This document shows, in pieces, positions 28,214 to 36,778 of a DNA stretch of 43,064 nt; position 1 is the stretch's first letter; every line of letters begins with the position of its first letter. Origin of the DNA: a virus (Duplodnaviria; Heunggongvirae; Uroviricota; Caudoviricetes); the IMG/VR virus record IMGVR_UViG_3300031707_004017; one strand, written 5' to 3'. The notes beneath the pieces were generated by a model. That model did not search any database. It saw only the letters and a program-made list of their open reading frames with translations, and was not told where the DNA came from. Both the position numbers and the translations under genes were made by a program.

Positions 28214-28411
28214 TTATTTGGTCGTGCTCCGCATTAATTCTGCCGCCGCCCGTGTTACTTGAGCAGAATCCAGCTCCTCAATGATATAAGTTTCACCAAT
28301 ATGATGCTTAAGCTGCACAACTTTCCCGTTTCTCAAGACTACGATCTCGCCATCATACTGCATATTACAAGAGGCGACACCGATTACTACAAGACAAATA
28401 AGACGTTTCAT
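28214..28411 (-). CDS. Small putative lipoprotein (65 aa)
   Basis: MKR + hydrophobic stretch + lipobox VAS|C; strong GAGGAGG SD. Confidence 0.65.
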   Translation of the reverse strand: MKRLICLVVIGVASCNMQYDGEIVVLRNGKVVQLKHHIGETYIIEELDSAQVTRAAAELMRSTTK

Positions 28412-28420
28412 TTTTCCTCC

Positions 28421-28497
28421 TCAAGGCAAATATGCGGCGTTTCTAATGCCGCCATTTTGCCCATGGTTTCCGCGCAAACGGCGAAAGCTCCCGCCGA
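28421..28497 (-). other. GC-rich double-hairpin intergenic element upstream of the lipoprotein gene
   Basis: CGGCG/CGCCG hairpin, then GGCAAA..GCGGC/GCCGC..TTTGCC hairpin ending just before the SD. Confidence 0.45.
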
Positions 28498-28524
28498 TTT
28501 TGTTTTATAAAAAAACCGTTATTC

Positions 28525-31500
28525 TCAAGAATCTTTGTAATCCATGAAAGGCATTCTTCGATTATCGACTTTGTCATCTTCTTCTCCATCATCATTTATA
28601 AATTCACTATCATCATCCTTGTCGTCAATGACTTCAGTCATGTCTGTTTCTGCATCTTGGACATTATCAAATCTAACATCGTCCGCTACAATACCAAGAT
28701 AAGCAACTGCTGCAACATGGTCACTCTTTTGCACGTTTTGAATTCTACTGCCTTGAGTATTTCGACCGAGTTTTCTAATTTGGCTAGATCGTAATCGTAT
28801 TAAAATGCCTTTAGCCGTTATAACGATAAATTGTTCTTTATCGTCTTTAATAATACCAGCCGAAACAATTTTCCCAGTAGTATCATTTAAATCCATGCAT
28901 ATAACTCCGCGTCCACCTCTCTTTTGAACTCGAAATTTTCTCAAAATAGTCTTTTTTGAATAACCTTTTTCAGTCACCATCATTATGAATTGTTCTTCGT
29001 GTTTCTCACTTTCAAATATATTCATCGTTATAATATAATTTTCATCTCGTAATTTTATCGATCTAACACCGGCACTACTTTTACCTGATGTGCGAATTGT
29101 CTGCTCATCAAATCTAATTGCAACTCCGTCTCTAGTAATAATTAAGACATTAATATTTGGCTTTTCAATAAACGCTACATCGACTAAAGAATCATCGTCA
29201 TTCAATCCCATAACTCTAGTACCAGTTGATCGTGGTCGTCGTAATTTCTCAGCTTTTAATTTCTTAATTTGACCCTTTTTACTAACCATCAAAAATGTTT
29301 TTCCTATTAAATCTTTCACTGGAATTACTCTGACTACTTTTTCATTTTCATCCATACCAATTACATTAAGAATTGAACTACCTGAAGCAGTTCGTCCCAA
29401 TGATGGTATATCATAAACATTCATTTTATAACAATTACCCATATTAGTAAAAACAAGCGTAGCATCACGAGTTGATAATTGAAAAATGTTTGCGACATAA
29501 TCTTCATCTTTTATGTCGACTCCTATTAGTCCTTTACCTTTTACATTTTGTAACCTATACTCGTTAATCGGAGTACGTTTTACTAACCCTTTATGAGTGA
29601 CTGTTACAATCACATCATCTTCTTGAATTTCTTCAATTTCTTTTATCTGGACTTCATCATTATCATCAGGGCTAGTTTTAATAATCTTCGTCCGTCTTGC
29701 ATCTCCGTAATTTTGTTTAATTTCTGCAAGTTCTCTTTTAATCTCTTTTAATACCAAATCTTCAGAATCTAAAAGTTGCTTTAACTGTGCAATTTTAGTA
29801 AGTAATGTGTTATGTTCATTTAAAATCGTATCGCGTTCAAACTGTGCAAGACGTTGAATTCTCAATTCTAAAATTGCTTTTATTTGCTCATCTGACAGCT
29901 TGTACCTTTTTAACTTTTTAATTGTTTCTTCGTTTGAACGTGATGATTTAACATTAGCAATTAATTCGTCTAAATTATCAAATGCGATCAAAAAACCTTG
30001 CAATATATGATCTTTCTTTTCAGCATTTTTTAATTCAAATTCTGCCCGTCTTATAACGACATTTTTTCGATGATCAAGAAAATGCCAAAATACTTCTTTT
30101 AATCCAACCATTTTTGGTATGTTATTAATCAATGCTCTCATCGATATTGAATATTTACATTGTAATTCAGTTCTTCGATACAATGTATTTAAAACCATTT
30201 TTGCTTTGACACCCTTGCGTAATTCGATTACAATTCGAACTCCCGTCTTATCAGATTCATCCCGAACATCGACTATGCCATCAATACCTTCTAACTTTGT
30301 TTCTTTATCTTGATATAATTGAGCAATACGAGCAATCAATTTAGATTTATCTACTTGATAAGGCACTTCCGTGATGATAATACATTGCTTTTTTCCAGAA
30401 TCGATAATTTCGGCTTTTGCCCTAAGAGTCACTGAACCCTTTCCTGTTTCATATATACTTTCAACATTAGTATCAAACATATATGCGCCTGATGGAAAAT
30501 CAGGACCTTTAATAAACTTTGTTAATTCAGTGATAGTGACATCTTCATTGTCTATAAATGCCAATAACGCGTTAACAACTTCAGTCAAATTATGTGGCGG
30601 TGCTGCAGTAGCCATTCCGACAGCGATGCCAATAGAACCATTCAGTAAAAATAATGGTAATCGTGTAGGCAGTACTTTAGGTTCTTGTAATGTACCATCG
30701 AAATTAGGCATAAAATCAACAGTCTCTTTGTCAATGTCAGCTATAACTTCCTGCGTGATTTCAGCCATCTTCATTTCTGTGTATCGCATTGCTGCCGGAG
30801 GATCTTCTAATGACCCGAAATTGCCTTGACCAATAATTAGCGGATATCTTGTTGTAAATGGTTGCGCGATTCGGACAGCAGTACTATATATGGAATTATG
30901 AACGAGTATTAGTTTTAGTTCGCCATTTTCATTTTTGCCTACTGGAACAAGCATGTTTTCATAGTTATCTACAGTAAAATCATATACTGGTTCATTGTCT
31001 ACAGTAATTACTTCTATGTTTTTGACAATCATCAAATTTCTATTTGACAATGCGTCAAGTAATTCTTTTGTCGTCGTAATATTAAATCGAGCACTCAATG
31101 TTTCAAATTTAGGATAACATCTATTATTTATATTGCCATAACCTTCACCGTCCATTTTGCAAATATCAACTCTAGTATCTTCATAATCTTCAATTGAAAA
31201 GTTCAATCCGTATTCTTTCAAACATTGAACTACAACATGTGAAGCATTTCTCAATACATGACCATCAATTTGTCCCGTTCTATCATGAATGATTTCATCG
31301 TCATCGTCAAATTGCTGCCGTTGTAGTCCTACAGTATGACCTTTTGCTGCTAATGTGTCGATGAGTTTCAATTTGTCTTTTGATCTTGCATATTCAACAA
31401 CTTCACTAAATGTATGACCATTTTCAATTAGTCTTGTAATCTTTGTTCCATTGTAAAGTTTTGTTCGATATTGCTCATAAAGTTCCTGAGTAGGCTCTAA

Positions 31501-32448
31501 ACCATCTTCAATAATCAACTTTACAATTTTTATTGCCTTAAACAGATAGTGTTTTTGATTTACAGCCTTGATTATTTCTGAATTCTTTTTTCTTGTAGCT
31601 TCTCGAAATTCAGTCGTTCCATGAAACATTGTCTCTCGACCTTTATCAAACCCTATTTCATAATTCTTATGCAGCTTCTCATGTTCAGCTTTTGTTATCG
31701 GTCGCAAATTACTTGGAACATTGTTTTTTGTATCCTCATCAATATGATGATAAATTTCCGATTCACCATAAATTGCCTCACCAACAATATGATGGATTTT
31801 CTTACTAAATGACAAGAAATCATTAGCAGATCTAAACTTCGCATACTCATGTGATGCTATAATACCATTTGCAATAGTATCACCAACTTTAATTTCATCT
31901 GTTCTTTTCCAATCATCAATTATTTCACATAATTCATGATTATCAGTCAATTCGATTACTTCATCATTCCAAAATGTCACTCTATAAAGCTTGTCAACTT
32001 GCTTTGTAACTCTGAATGAATGAGCTTCAGCAGGAATAATACTATTAGTCTGTTTGTCATAAGCTAATACCCATAGTCTTTTTCCTACTAAATCTTTCCA
32101 CTGATATGTATTACCGTCAAGACCTGCTGCAAGTGTATTTCCTCGACAACATCCATCTCCATGAGGATGCAATTTCCCCATAACATCACCGACGACTCTA
32201 GCAGATTTTCTAGTCGGCTTATTATGTGCAAGTCCCATTTCATTCATGCTAAAAAGTATACGTCGTGCAACTGGCTTAAGACCATCACGAATATCAGGCA
32301 ATGAACGATCTTTGATGACACTCAAAGCATAAGCCAAATACATCTTTGGTAATACTTCATGTGATTTCACATCAAATTGACCAATTTCTTGACCAATATT
32401 GATTTCTTCTTCTCGATCTTCTTCTCGATCTTCGATCTCATCTGCCAT
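28525..32448 (-). CDS. gyrA: DNA gyrase subunit A (type IIA topoisomerase) with a 419-aa cis-intein
   Basis: [27 protein letters not shown], catalytic AAMRYTE, GPDFP, six-bladed CTD repeats, acidic tail. Confidence 0.95.
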   Translation of the reverse strand: MADEIEDREEDREEEINIGQEIGQFDVKSHEVLPKMYLAYALSVIKDRSLPDIRDGLKPVARRILFSMNEMGLAHNKPTRKSARVVGDVMGKLHPHGDGCCRGNTLAAGLDGNTYQWKDLVGKRLWVLAYDKQTNSIIPAEAHSFRVTKQVDKLYRVTFWNDEVIELTDNHELCEIIDDWKRTDEIKVGDTIANGIIASHEYAKFRSANDFLSFSKKIHHIVGEAIYGESEIYHHIDEDTKNNVPSNLRPITKAEHEKLHKNYEIGFDKGRETMFHGTTEFREATRKKNSEIIKAVNQKHYLFKAIKIVKLIIEDGLEPTQELYEQYRTKLYNGTKITRLIENGHTFSEVVEYARSKDKLKLIDTLAAKGHTVGLQRQQFDDDDEIIHDRTGQIDGHVLRNASHVVVQCLKEYGLNFSIEDYEDTRVDICKMDGEGYGNINNRCYPKFETLSARFNITTTKELLDALSNRNLMIVKNIEVITVDNEPVYDFTVDNYENMLVPVGKNENGELKLILVHNSIYSTAVRIAQPFTTRYPLIIGQGNFGSLEDPPAAMRYTEMKMAEITQEVIADIDKETVDFMPNFDGTLQEPKVLPTRLPLFLLNGSIGIAVGMATAAPPHNLTEVVNALLAFIDNEDVTITELTKFIKGPDFPSGAYMFDTNVESIYETGKGSVTLRAKAEIIDSGKKQCIIITEVPYQVDKSKLIARIAQLYQDKETKLEGIDGIVDVRDESDKTGVRIVIELRKGVKAKMVLNTLYRRTELQCKYSISMRALINNIPKMVGLKEVFWHFLDHRKNVVIRRAEFELKNAEKKDHILQGFLIAFDNLDELIANVKSSRSNEETIKKLKRYKLSDEQIKAILELRIQRLAQFERDTILNEHNTLLTKIAQLKQLLDSEDLVLKEIKRELAEIKQNYGDARRTKIIKTSPDDNDEVQIKEIEEIQEDDVIVTVTHKGLVKRTPINEYRLQNVKGKGLIGVDIKDEDYVANIFQLSTRDATLVFTNMGNCYKMNVYDIPSLGRTASGSSILNVIGMDENEKVVRVIPVKDLIGKTFLMVSKKGQIKKLKAEKLRRPRSTGTRVMGLNDDDSLVDVAFIEKPNINVLIITRDGVAIRFDEQTIRTSGKSSAGVRSIKLRDENYIITMNIFESEKHEEQFIMMVTEKGYSKKTILRKFRVQKRGGRGVICMDLNDTTGKIVSAGIIKDDKEQFIVITAKGILIRLRSSQIRKLGRNTQGSRIQNVQKSDHVAAVAYLGIVADDVRFDNVQDAETDMTEVIDDKDDDSEFINDDGEEDDKVDNRRMPFMDYKDS
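30895..32151 (-). mobile_element. GyrA intein with HNH homing endonuclease motif
   Basis: Block A CCRGNT after HPHGDG, block B LTDNH, HNH motif HHIV...[15 protein letters not shown]...HEKLH (~31668-31795), block F VYDFTV, block G VHN followed by Ser. Removal restores [17 protein letters not shown]. Confidence 0.93.
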
Positions 32449-32459
32449 CTGTTCACTCC

Positions 32460-33230
32460 TTAAGCGTCAATTGCATCTTCATCTATCATTAACGCATTTT
32501 GCACGATGTATTCTCTTCGACTATCAACATCATTTCCCATCAATATAGTAAATATTCGATCTGTTTCAGCTTCGTCTGTAACGATAACTTTAGCTAATCT
32601 TCGTGTCTCAGGATTCATTGTTGTCTCACCAAGTTGTTCAGGATTCATTTCTCCTAAACCCTTAAATCGAGTAATCACTGCTTTATCTGGATTCTTCACT
32701 GATTTTTTCCAAGCTGCCAAGGCTTCATCGTCAGCCAAATAAAAATCATTTGTACCATACTTGACTTTATACAATGGTGGTTGAGCTATATAAACATGAC
32801 CATTCATCAATAACGGCTTCATAAACCTATAAAATACTGTCAATAGCAACGAAGAAATATGAGCGCCGTCGACATCAGCATCACAACTGATGATAATCTT
32901 ACCATATCGAAGTTTTGAAATATCACCAGTTTGAATGTTTATGCCGATTGCAGCAATCAATGCTTTTACTTCTTTATTCTCAAGTATCTCAGACAGCTCG
33001 CTCTTTTCGACATTCAATATTTTCCCTCGTAATGGCAAAACTGCTTGAAAAACTCTGTTGCGTCCCATCTTTGCAGAGCCACCTGCAGAATTATGAACAA
33101 CAAAACCACCATCTATCAAAAATGAATGGTCTTCTTCGACGTCAATATCGTGCAACTCTTCATCATCTTCAAAAAACTCAATTTTTTCTGGATGACAATA
33201 CGTATAGTTTACTGCTATCAATTTATTCAA
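32460..33230 (-). CDS. gyrB: Split-intein C-fragment (47 aa) fused to GyrB C-terminal TOPRIM/tail part
   Basis: TTG start 5 nt after GGAGG; ...[14 protein letters not shown]|[37 protein letters not shown]. Confidence 0.92.
   Translation of the reverse strand: MNKLIAVNYTYCHPEKIEFFEDDEELHDIDVEEDHSFLIDGGFVVHNSAGGSAKMGRNRVFQAVLPLRGKILNVEKSELSEILENKEVKALIAAIGINIQTGDISKLRYGKIIISCDADVDGAHISSLLLTVFYRFMKPLLMNGHVYIAQPPLYKVKYGTNDFYLADDEALAAWKKSVKNPDKAVITRFKGLGEMNPEQLGETTMNPETRRLAKVIVTDEAETDRIFTILMGNDVDSRREYIVQNALMIDEDAIDA
33090..33230 (-). mobile_element. IntC half of split intein
   Basis: Block [13 protein letters not shown], block G VHN, +1 Ser. Confidence 0.9.
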
Positions 33231-33286
33231 CTGATCCTCCCTAACTACTTTCTGGGGATTATTTTCATAAAATGAAATACGAAAAA

Positions 33287-33478
33287 CTATCGAACAAAAC
33301 CACGACGGCGTAGGTTCTTAAAATGATGAGAAGTGACTTGATACTGGGCTTCATGGAAACAGTCTTTGCACTTAAGAATTACATCCATATTAGCCTCGTA
33401 GGTATCCGGATTAATCTCATTGATAGTCTCAAGATTGCGGCCACCACATGAAACACAGATTGTTACACGTTGAGCCAT
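33287..33478 (-). CDS. Small zinc-ribbon protein (63 aa) between the two gyrB halves
   Basis: CVSC-x25-CKDC with a basic tail KNLRRRGFVR; AAGGA SD upstream. Confidence 0.75.
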   Translation of the reverse strand: MAQRVTICVSCGGRNLETINEINPDTYEANMDVILKCKDCFHEAQYQVTSHHFKNLRRRGFVR

Positions 33479-33533
33479 TTGAGTTTTCCTTCTCGGTCAA
33501 TGTTAATTAAATCAAGAGCATACCCTAAGTATT

Positions 33534-33866
33534 TCATTCAATAAACTCTCGAATATCAACAACCTTACAATATTCATCGCCCGGTAACACAGTCTTAACT
33601 AACAAATCAGTTGTTGTTAATTCACGAGCCGGCACCCACTCACAAACTTCACTATTAGCTCGAAGTACTCCCCAAAGATGATCTTCTGAACAAACAAAAG
33701 TTTTCCCTTGTATAGTAATTCGACATTTCTTTCTTTTTACTTTTGGTTTTCGTTCTAAGGCAGGTCTGTATCTATGCATATGCGTATAAATCATATCGCC
33801 AGTCTTAATTTCATCAAGCCGCTTAAGTCCTTCTTTCGTATGAATCAATGTATCGCCCTTAAAGCA
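33534..33866 (-). mobile_element. IntN half of split intein
   Basis: Block A CFKGDTLIHT, block B CSEDHLW, ELTTTDLL; TGA stop with no endonuclease and no HN terminus. Confidence 0.9.
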
Positions 33867-35171
33867 GTCACCTTCGACCACAAAAACTTCGCAAATATCA
33901 ACATTCTTGCTTGAGCAATCAGCCAACTTGCCAGGCAAGATTGTTGATGACAAAACATTTTTTCTCCGAACTGCATCACGAGCCTTCCTTGCTTCTTCCC
34001 TTGCTATACAGGCTTGCGAAACTTTACTAGCAATCAACATCGCCGTATCATCATTACTTGAAAAATACGATGTAATTGCATCAAGTACCTGATTGTAAAC
34101 AATTTCTTTGATTTCAGGATTGCCAAGTGTAGATTTTGTTTGGCCTTCAAATTCAGGATTAGGAAGTTTAATAGAAACGATTGCAACCAGTCCTTCAAGA
34201 ACATCTCGTGGAGTAGGTCTAATATCTAGACCTTTAAATAACTTTTGTTTTTCAGCATATTTAATAATTGCCTCAAGCAATGCCGATTTAAAACCTGATA
34301 AATGCGACCCACCATCTCTTGTATGAACATTATTCGCAAATGAAAAAACTACATCTGAATATGCTTTATTATATTGAAAAGCTATTTCAATTCTAATATC
34401 ATACCGTCCCAACACATCATTCTTAACTTTAACTTCATCATCAAGATGGATAATCGGACTGAGAATTTCTTTGTCTTTATTTAACTCTTCGATAAAAGCA
34501 ACAATACCACCATCAGAATAAAATTCATCTTTTTCGCCTGTCCTCTCGTCAACTATCTCAATCCTGACGCCTCTATTTAAATATGCTAATTCTTTCAATC
34601 TATCATGTAAAATTTTATATTCAAATTCTACAGTTTGAAAAATTGTACGATCAGGTTTAAATTTAACGACAGTTCCCGTCTTGTCGGTTGCAATACCTTT
34701 AGTAAATTGCGTAGCAATTTGGCCCTTTTTGTAAGTTTGATGCCAATAAAAACCTTCACGACAAATCGTAAGATCTAAAGTATCTGATAGAAAGTTCACT
34801 GCTGAAACGCCAATTCCATGTAAACCTGAAGCTGTCTTATAAGATGTACTATCAAATTTACCACCAGATCGAAGAGATGTCATAACCATTTCTGCTGCGG
34901 GCTTACCTGTGTCTGAATGAATACCGACAGGAATGCCTCGACCATTATCTACTATAGTAACAAATCCATCTTTATGAATGACACACGAAATCTTATTGCC
35001 ATAACCATTTGTAATTTCATCGATACTATTATCTACGACTTCATATACAAGATGGTGCAATCCAAATGCACCTGTATCACCAATATACATCGCCGGCCGT
35101 AGTCTTACATGTGAACGATCGTCAAGCTGTTGAATTGAACTTTCATCGTATTTTCCTCTTTGACTTGCCAT
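33534..35171 (-). CDS. gyrB: GyrB N-terminal part (GHKL ATPase + transducer, 435 aa) fused to a 110-aa split-intein N-fragment
   Basis: HVRLRPAMYIG, EVVDNSIDE, DNGRGIP, GGKF...SGLHGIGVSAVN, FEGQTK, LPGKLADC, VVEGD|CFKGDT. Confidence 0.93.
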   Translation of the reverse strand: MASQRGKYDESSIQQLDDRSHVRLRPAMYIGDTGAFGLHHLVYEVVDNSIDEITNGYGNKISCVIHKDGFVTIVDNGRGIPVGIHSDTGKPAAEMVMTSLRSGGKFDSTSYKTASGLHGIGVSAVNFLSDTLDLTICREGFYWHQTYKKGQIATQFTKGIATDKTGTVVKFKPDRTIFQTVEFEYKILHDRLKELAYLNRGVRIEIVDERTGEKDEFYSDGGIVAFIEELNKDKEILSPIIHLDDEVKVKNDVLGRYDIRIEIAFQYNKAYSDVVFSFANNVHTRDGGSHLSGFKSALLEAIIKYAEKQKLFKGLDIRPTPRDVLEGLVAIVSIKLPNPEFEGQTKSTLGNPEIKEIVYNQVLDAITSYFSSNDDTAMLIASKVSQACIAREEARKARDAVRRKNVLSSTILPGKLADCSSKNVDICEVFVVEGDCFKGDTLIHTKEGLKRLDEIKTGDMIYTHMHRYRPALERKPKVKRKKCRITIQGKTFVCSEDHLWGVLRANSEVCEWVPARELTTTDLLVKTVLPGDEYCKVVDIREFIE

Positions 35172-35321
35172 CCTTTTTCTCCATCTATAGTACTATAATC
35201 ATTTAGATTGACACAGAAAGCATCAAAAACCTATCTACAATCAATAATATACTTATTGACTATAAGAATTTAAATTTGTATGTAAATTCATCAAAATTAC
35301 TTAAGCATTTTACGTTGAAGA

Positions 35322-35591
35322 TTACTGTAGATCACTTAATTTTGTTATTGACTTATTATGATTTTTAGCTTTTTGACCTTTATGAGCGCTTTTCTTTGTC
35401 ATAGAATCTTTAAATCTTGCATCAGCTGACGGCCATCCACCACCTTTAAAAATTACGCCTGTTCCACCAGTAATAACACGTTGCATTGTTTTAGAACACT
35501 TATTGCAATTTATGATTGGATTTTCATTCATACCATGAATTTCTTCTTGTGTATTTCCGCATTCACACTGGTAATCATATATCATAGTCAC
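35322..35591 (-). CDS. FmdB-family zinc-ribbon protein (second copy)
   Basis: IYDYQCECG...CNKC...GGTGVIFKGGGW. Confidence 0.85.
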   Translation of the reverse strand: MTMIYDYQCECGNTQEEIHGMNENPIINCNKCSKTMQRVITGGTGVIFKGGGWPSADARFKDSMTKKSAHKGQKAKNHNKSITKLSDLQ

Positions 35592-35995
35592 TCCTTTGAC
35601 ATCTTATACCATTCAACCAATTTATTTTTAACAACGTTAAAATCGTCAGTTCTAATCGTATCTATTTCTTTACCGTTCTTCCACAAACCACCGGTCATAT
35701 TTACTTTTGTTACATCCCATCTCACTATTGCATTTGCAAATTCACCGAGAATGTATACTGGAGCAGCCTGTACTTTTAATAAATAAATCGCCTCATCAAT
35801 TGCCTGTTCATTTGATATTAACCAACCATACTGTATAATACCGTTATTAGTGATATAATTTATATGTTTAACAGAAAATTTTAATTTTAAAAGCTGACAA
35901 GTCTTATCAAATGTCGCCGGTAATGGAACGCTATTTATAAAATTTTTCTTAATTATCTTTTTGGATCTTGATTTCATCTTCATTATAATGCTCAA
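35588..35995 (-). CDS. Hypothetical protein
   Basis: 135-aa ORF with an ATGA overlap to the next gene. Confidence 0.55.
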   Translation of the reverse strand: MSIIMKMKSRSKKIIKKNFINSVPLPATFDKTCQLLKLKFSVKHINYITNNGIIQYGWLISNEQAIDEAIYLLKVQAAPVYILGEFANAIVRWDVTKVNMTGGLWKNGKEIDTIRTDDFNVVKNKLVEWYKMSKE

Positions 35996-36170
35996 ACATT
36001 AAAATATGTGCTTTTGGAACTGTTATTTTGTGACGATGAATGTCCGTTATAGTCAAAAATGTATTAAAATTAAATAAACTAATAAATCGTCTTCTAGCAC
36101 GTTTAAATTCTCTCTCATTAACAATAATAGCAAATCCATTTATCAATTGAATCACGTGTTGACTGTTCAT
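35949..36170 (-). CDS. Hypothetical protein
   Basis: 73-aa ORF with an ATGA overlap with the UDG stop. Confidence 0.5.
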   Translation of the reverse strand: MNSQHVIQLINGFAIIVNEREFKRARRRFISLFNFNTFLTITDIHRHKITVPKAHILMFEHYNEDEIKIQKDN

Positions 36171-36778
36171 AAATATTTTTTAATGTTTTTTGCTATCTCA
36201 TTTATATAATTGTCTCTTTCGTTTTCTAGCATGTATGTGCTTATGTAACTTGGATGGTACGAAAAAACCATTGGTTTTTTCAAATTTAATCTCTTTACAG
36301 TACTCTTTGCAACAGTACCAAATGCAATAATTACTTTTACTTTTTGTAATAAGTTAATACGCGCTGATAAAAATTGCAAGCAATTCTCAATTTCATCTAT
36401 TTGTGGTTTACGATAATTTGGTGGACTGCAGCAAACTACATTAAAGTGCTGTATGTCATTCCACGTCAAACCGGCCCTTTGAAATATTTCAAATAAGCGT
36501 TTGCCAATTAATGCTACATTCTGGATTCTATCATCATACATTTTATGAAAATCTTCAAGCTTATTAATAAAAATTTCGCCTTTTTGTGGTTTATAAATCC
36601 CTGGCGCCTCACAAATCGAACAGACTGTAGCTTTAGCGTAATGTCTTGAATCAAATCCTAAAACCGGACAATTGTGTATTTTTTTGATTCTTAAATCATA
36701 CAATTCTTGACATTTATCACAATTAAATATCTGCTGTTCAATATCATGAACTTTTTGCTGTAATAATGAAAATTTCAT
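36167..36778 (-). CDS. Uracil-DNA glycosylase, family 4-like (Fe-S)
   Basis: CDKC, EAPG motif, NVVCCSPPNYRKP..EIENC, IIAFG, YHPS. Confidence 0.85.
   Translation of the reverse strand: MKFSLLQQKVHDIEQQIFNCDKCQELYDLRIKKIHNCPVLGFDSRHYAKATVCSICEAPGIYKPQKGEIFINKLEDFHKMYDDRIQNVALIGKRLFEIFQRAGLTWNDIQHFNVVCCSPPNYRKPQIDEIENCLQFLSARINLLQKVKVIIAFGTVAKSTVKRLNLKKPMVFSYHPSYISTYMLENERDNYINEIAKNIKKYL

Noticed and set aside
28421-28497. Possible tRNA or c-di-GMP-I riboswitch
   Set aside because: No T-loop (TTCRA) or cloverleaf. GGCAAA/GAAA pieces are present, but the GGACGCAAAGC core is absent. Kept only as an unassigned structured element.
30371-30829. 152-aa plus-strand ORF, and other antisense ORFs in gyrA, gyrB, topA and terL
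   Set aside because: Antisense to highly conserved enzymes, with no recognisable motifs or SD.
33231-33533. gyrB break as a frameshift, pseudogene or sequencing error
   Set aside because: Both halves end and start with correct intein blocks, the C-half has its own SD and start codon, an intact ORF lies between them, and all catalytic motifs are preserved.
35200-35300. Sigma70 promoter-like TTGACA/TTGACT hexamers on the plus strand
   Set aside because: No convincing -10 at the correct spacing and no plus-strand gene downstream; expected by chance in AT-rich DNA.
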